The notes under the pieces are model-generated. The model saw only the letters and a program-made list of their open reading frames with translations, did not search any database and was not told the DNA's origin. From assembly GCF_009914755.1 (NCBI RefSeq), contig NC_060928.1: DNA of 64,000 nucleotides; one strand, 5' to 3'. Below, piece after piece: positions 63,081 to 64,000 of the stretch. Within the stretch, counting starts at the first letter, position 1. Every line of letters starts with the position of its first letter. A program made the position numbers and the translations under genes. The stretch comes from the human T2T-CHM13v2.0 reference genome, Homo sapiens.

Positions 63081-63179
63081 TTCTAAATCAGTGTCACTCT
63101 TGGATTCCACAGGAGAGTGATAGAAAAGCAATCCATTAAATAAATATGTAACAAATACCAACTGACACTGTTAATTCAA

Positions 63180-63400
63180 GAATTTATTTATTAATTCCGT
63201 AAACATTTCTTGGGTATACAGTAAGTTCAAGTTCCTATGTTAGGTGCAAAGAATACTAAGAAGCATAGGTAAGAGTTCTCAGCCCCAACTACTCTGAGTC
63301 TGGTGGTAATTGCTGTAATACAATAATAGTACAAACAAAGAGATGAGAGCTATGATAGAGAAAATGTTGGGAGAGAACTGGAAAGCCCAGGATACTGAAC
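63180..63400 (-). mobile_element. L2 fragment
   Basis: atttattta...aaacatttcttgg...ctatgttaggtgc...agctatgatagag, an L2 3'-end-like pattern. Confidence 0.45.
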
Positions 63401-64000
63401 CATAGGAAATGGGGTTTTATGTTTTTTACTTATTTTGGAGTGGAGTGTAGAAGTAGAATAAGGCTCTAACATTGGTGGCAGTCATTAAGTAGCATCTATG
63501 TGCAAGGCACAACAGGAGATACAAAGATATCTACAACCTTCTAGGAAACTAGAAGTAACAGAAGGCATAAAACAATTATCAGAAAGAGGGGGAGATCAGA
63601 AGAGCAGAGTGACATGAAGACAAAGGGAAAAGAACCCAACAAAGAAGACGTGATCAGATGCTAGAGAGACATCAAAAGGAATAATACGTATCAGAAAGGA
63701 AATTTGTAAATAGAAATAATAATTATTAATTATTAATTCAATGAAAACTATTTCTGCCTCTTTCTATTGAAAATAGAAATACTCATTGTCTCTCTGTTAC
63801 TCACCCATACTCATCAGGCAATCCATTCATTCAAACTACAAGCACTAAGCCACCCACTGTGTACCAAGCCAATGGCCAATGAAGGACATGACATGTACAC
63901 TATCTAGCAAGGTTTTTGATCCACACACACTTAACTATATCACATCATTGTAAGTGCTAAAAAGGCATCCATAAAAAGAGCTGTGTGTCCTTAGAAGCCA

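Overview
Human genomic DNA. A human-specific AluYb8 and an SVA are present, and roughly three quarters of the window is retrotransposon-derived (estimated by eye). The only host coding sequence I can support is one 176-bp internal exon on the minus strand (31057-31232). Its translation matches my recollection of SCFD2 (Sec1 family domain containing 2, probably exon 4), so the rest of the window is intronic. Almost all long ORFs in the track are decayed LINE-1 ORF1/ORF2 fragments or incidental Alu/SVA frames. The window holds nested L1 clusters (two near full-length L1PA3/L1PA4-like elements on +, a full-length L1PB1-like and a long L1PA7-like element on -), an SVA, MaLR LTRs, many Alus and a U6 retrocopy. 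Main points of interest: (1) three same-strand L1 copies share many non-consensus variants, including stop codons, which suggests local L1-to-L1 gene conversion across the exon; (2) one L1 5'UTR has a non-canonical ~96-bp deletion in the ZNF93-binding region; (3) an L1 ORF0 splice donor is in frame with the SCFD2 exon; (4) there is an SVA 3' transduction, an L1 3' transduction and a 73-bp orphan retro-insertion, each delimited by target-site duplications (TSDs). Subfamily calls rest on remembered consensus diagnostics, not on a database search.
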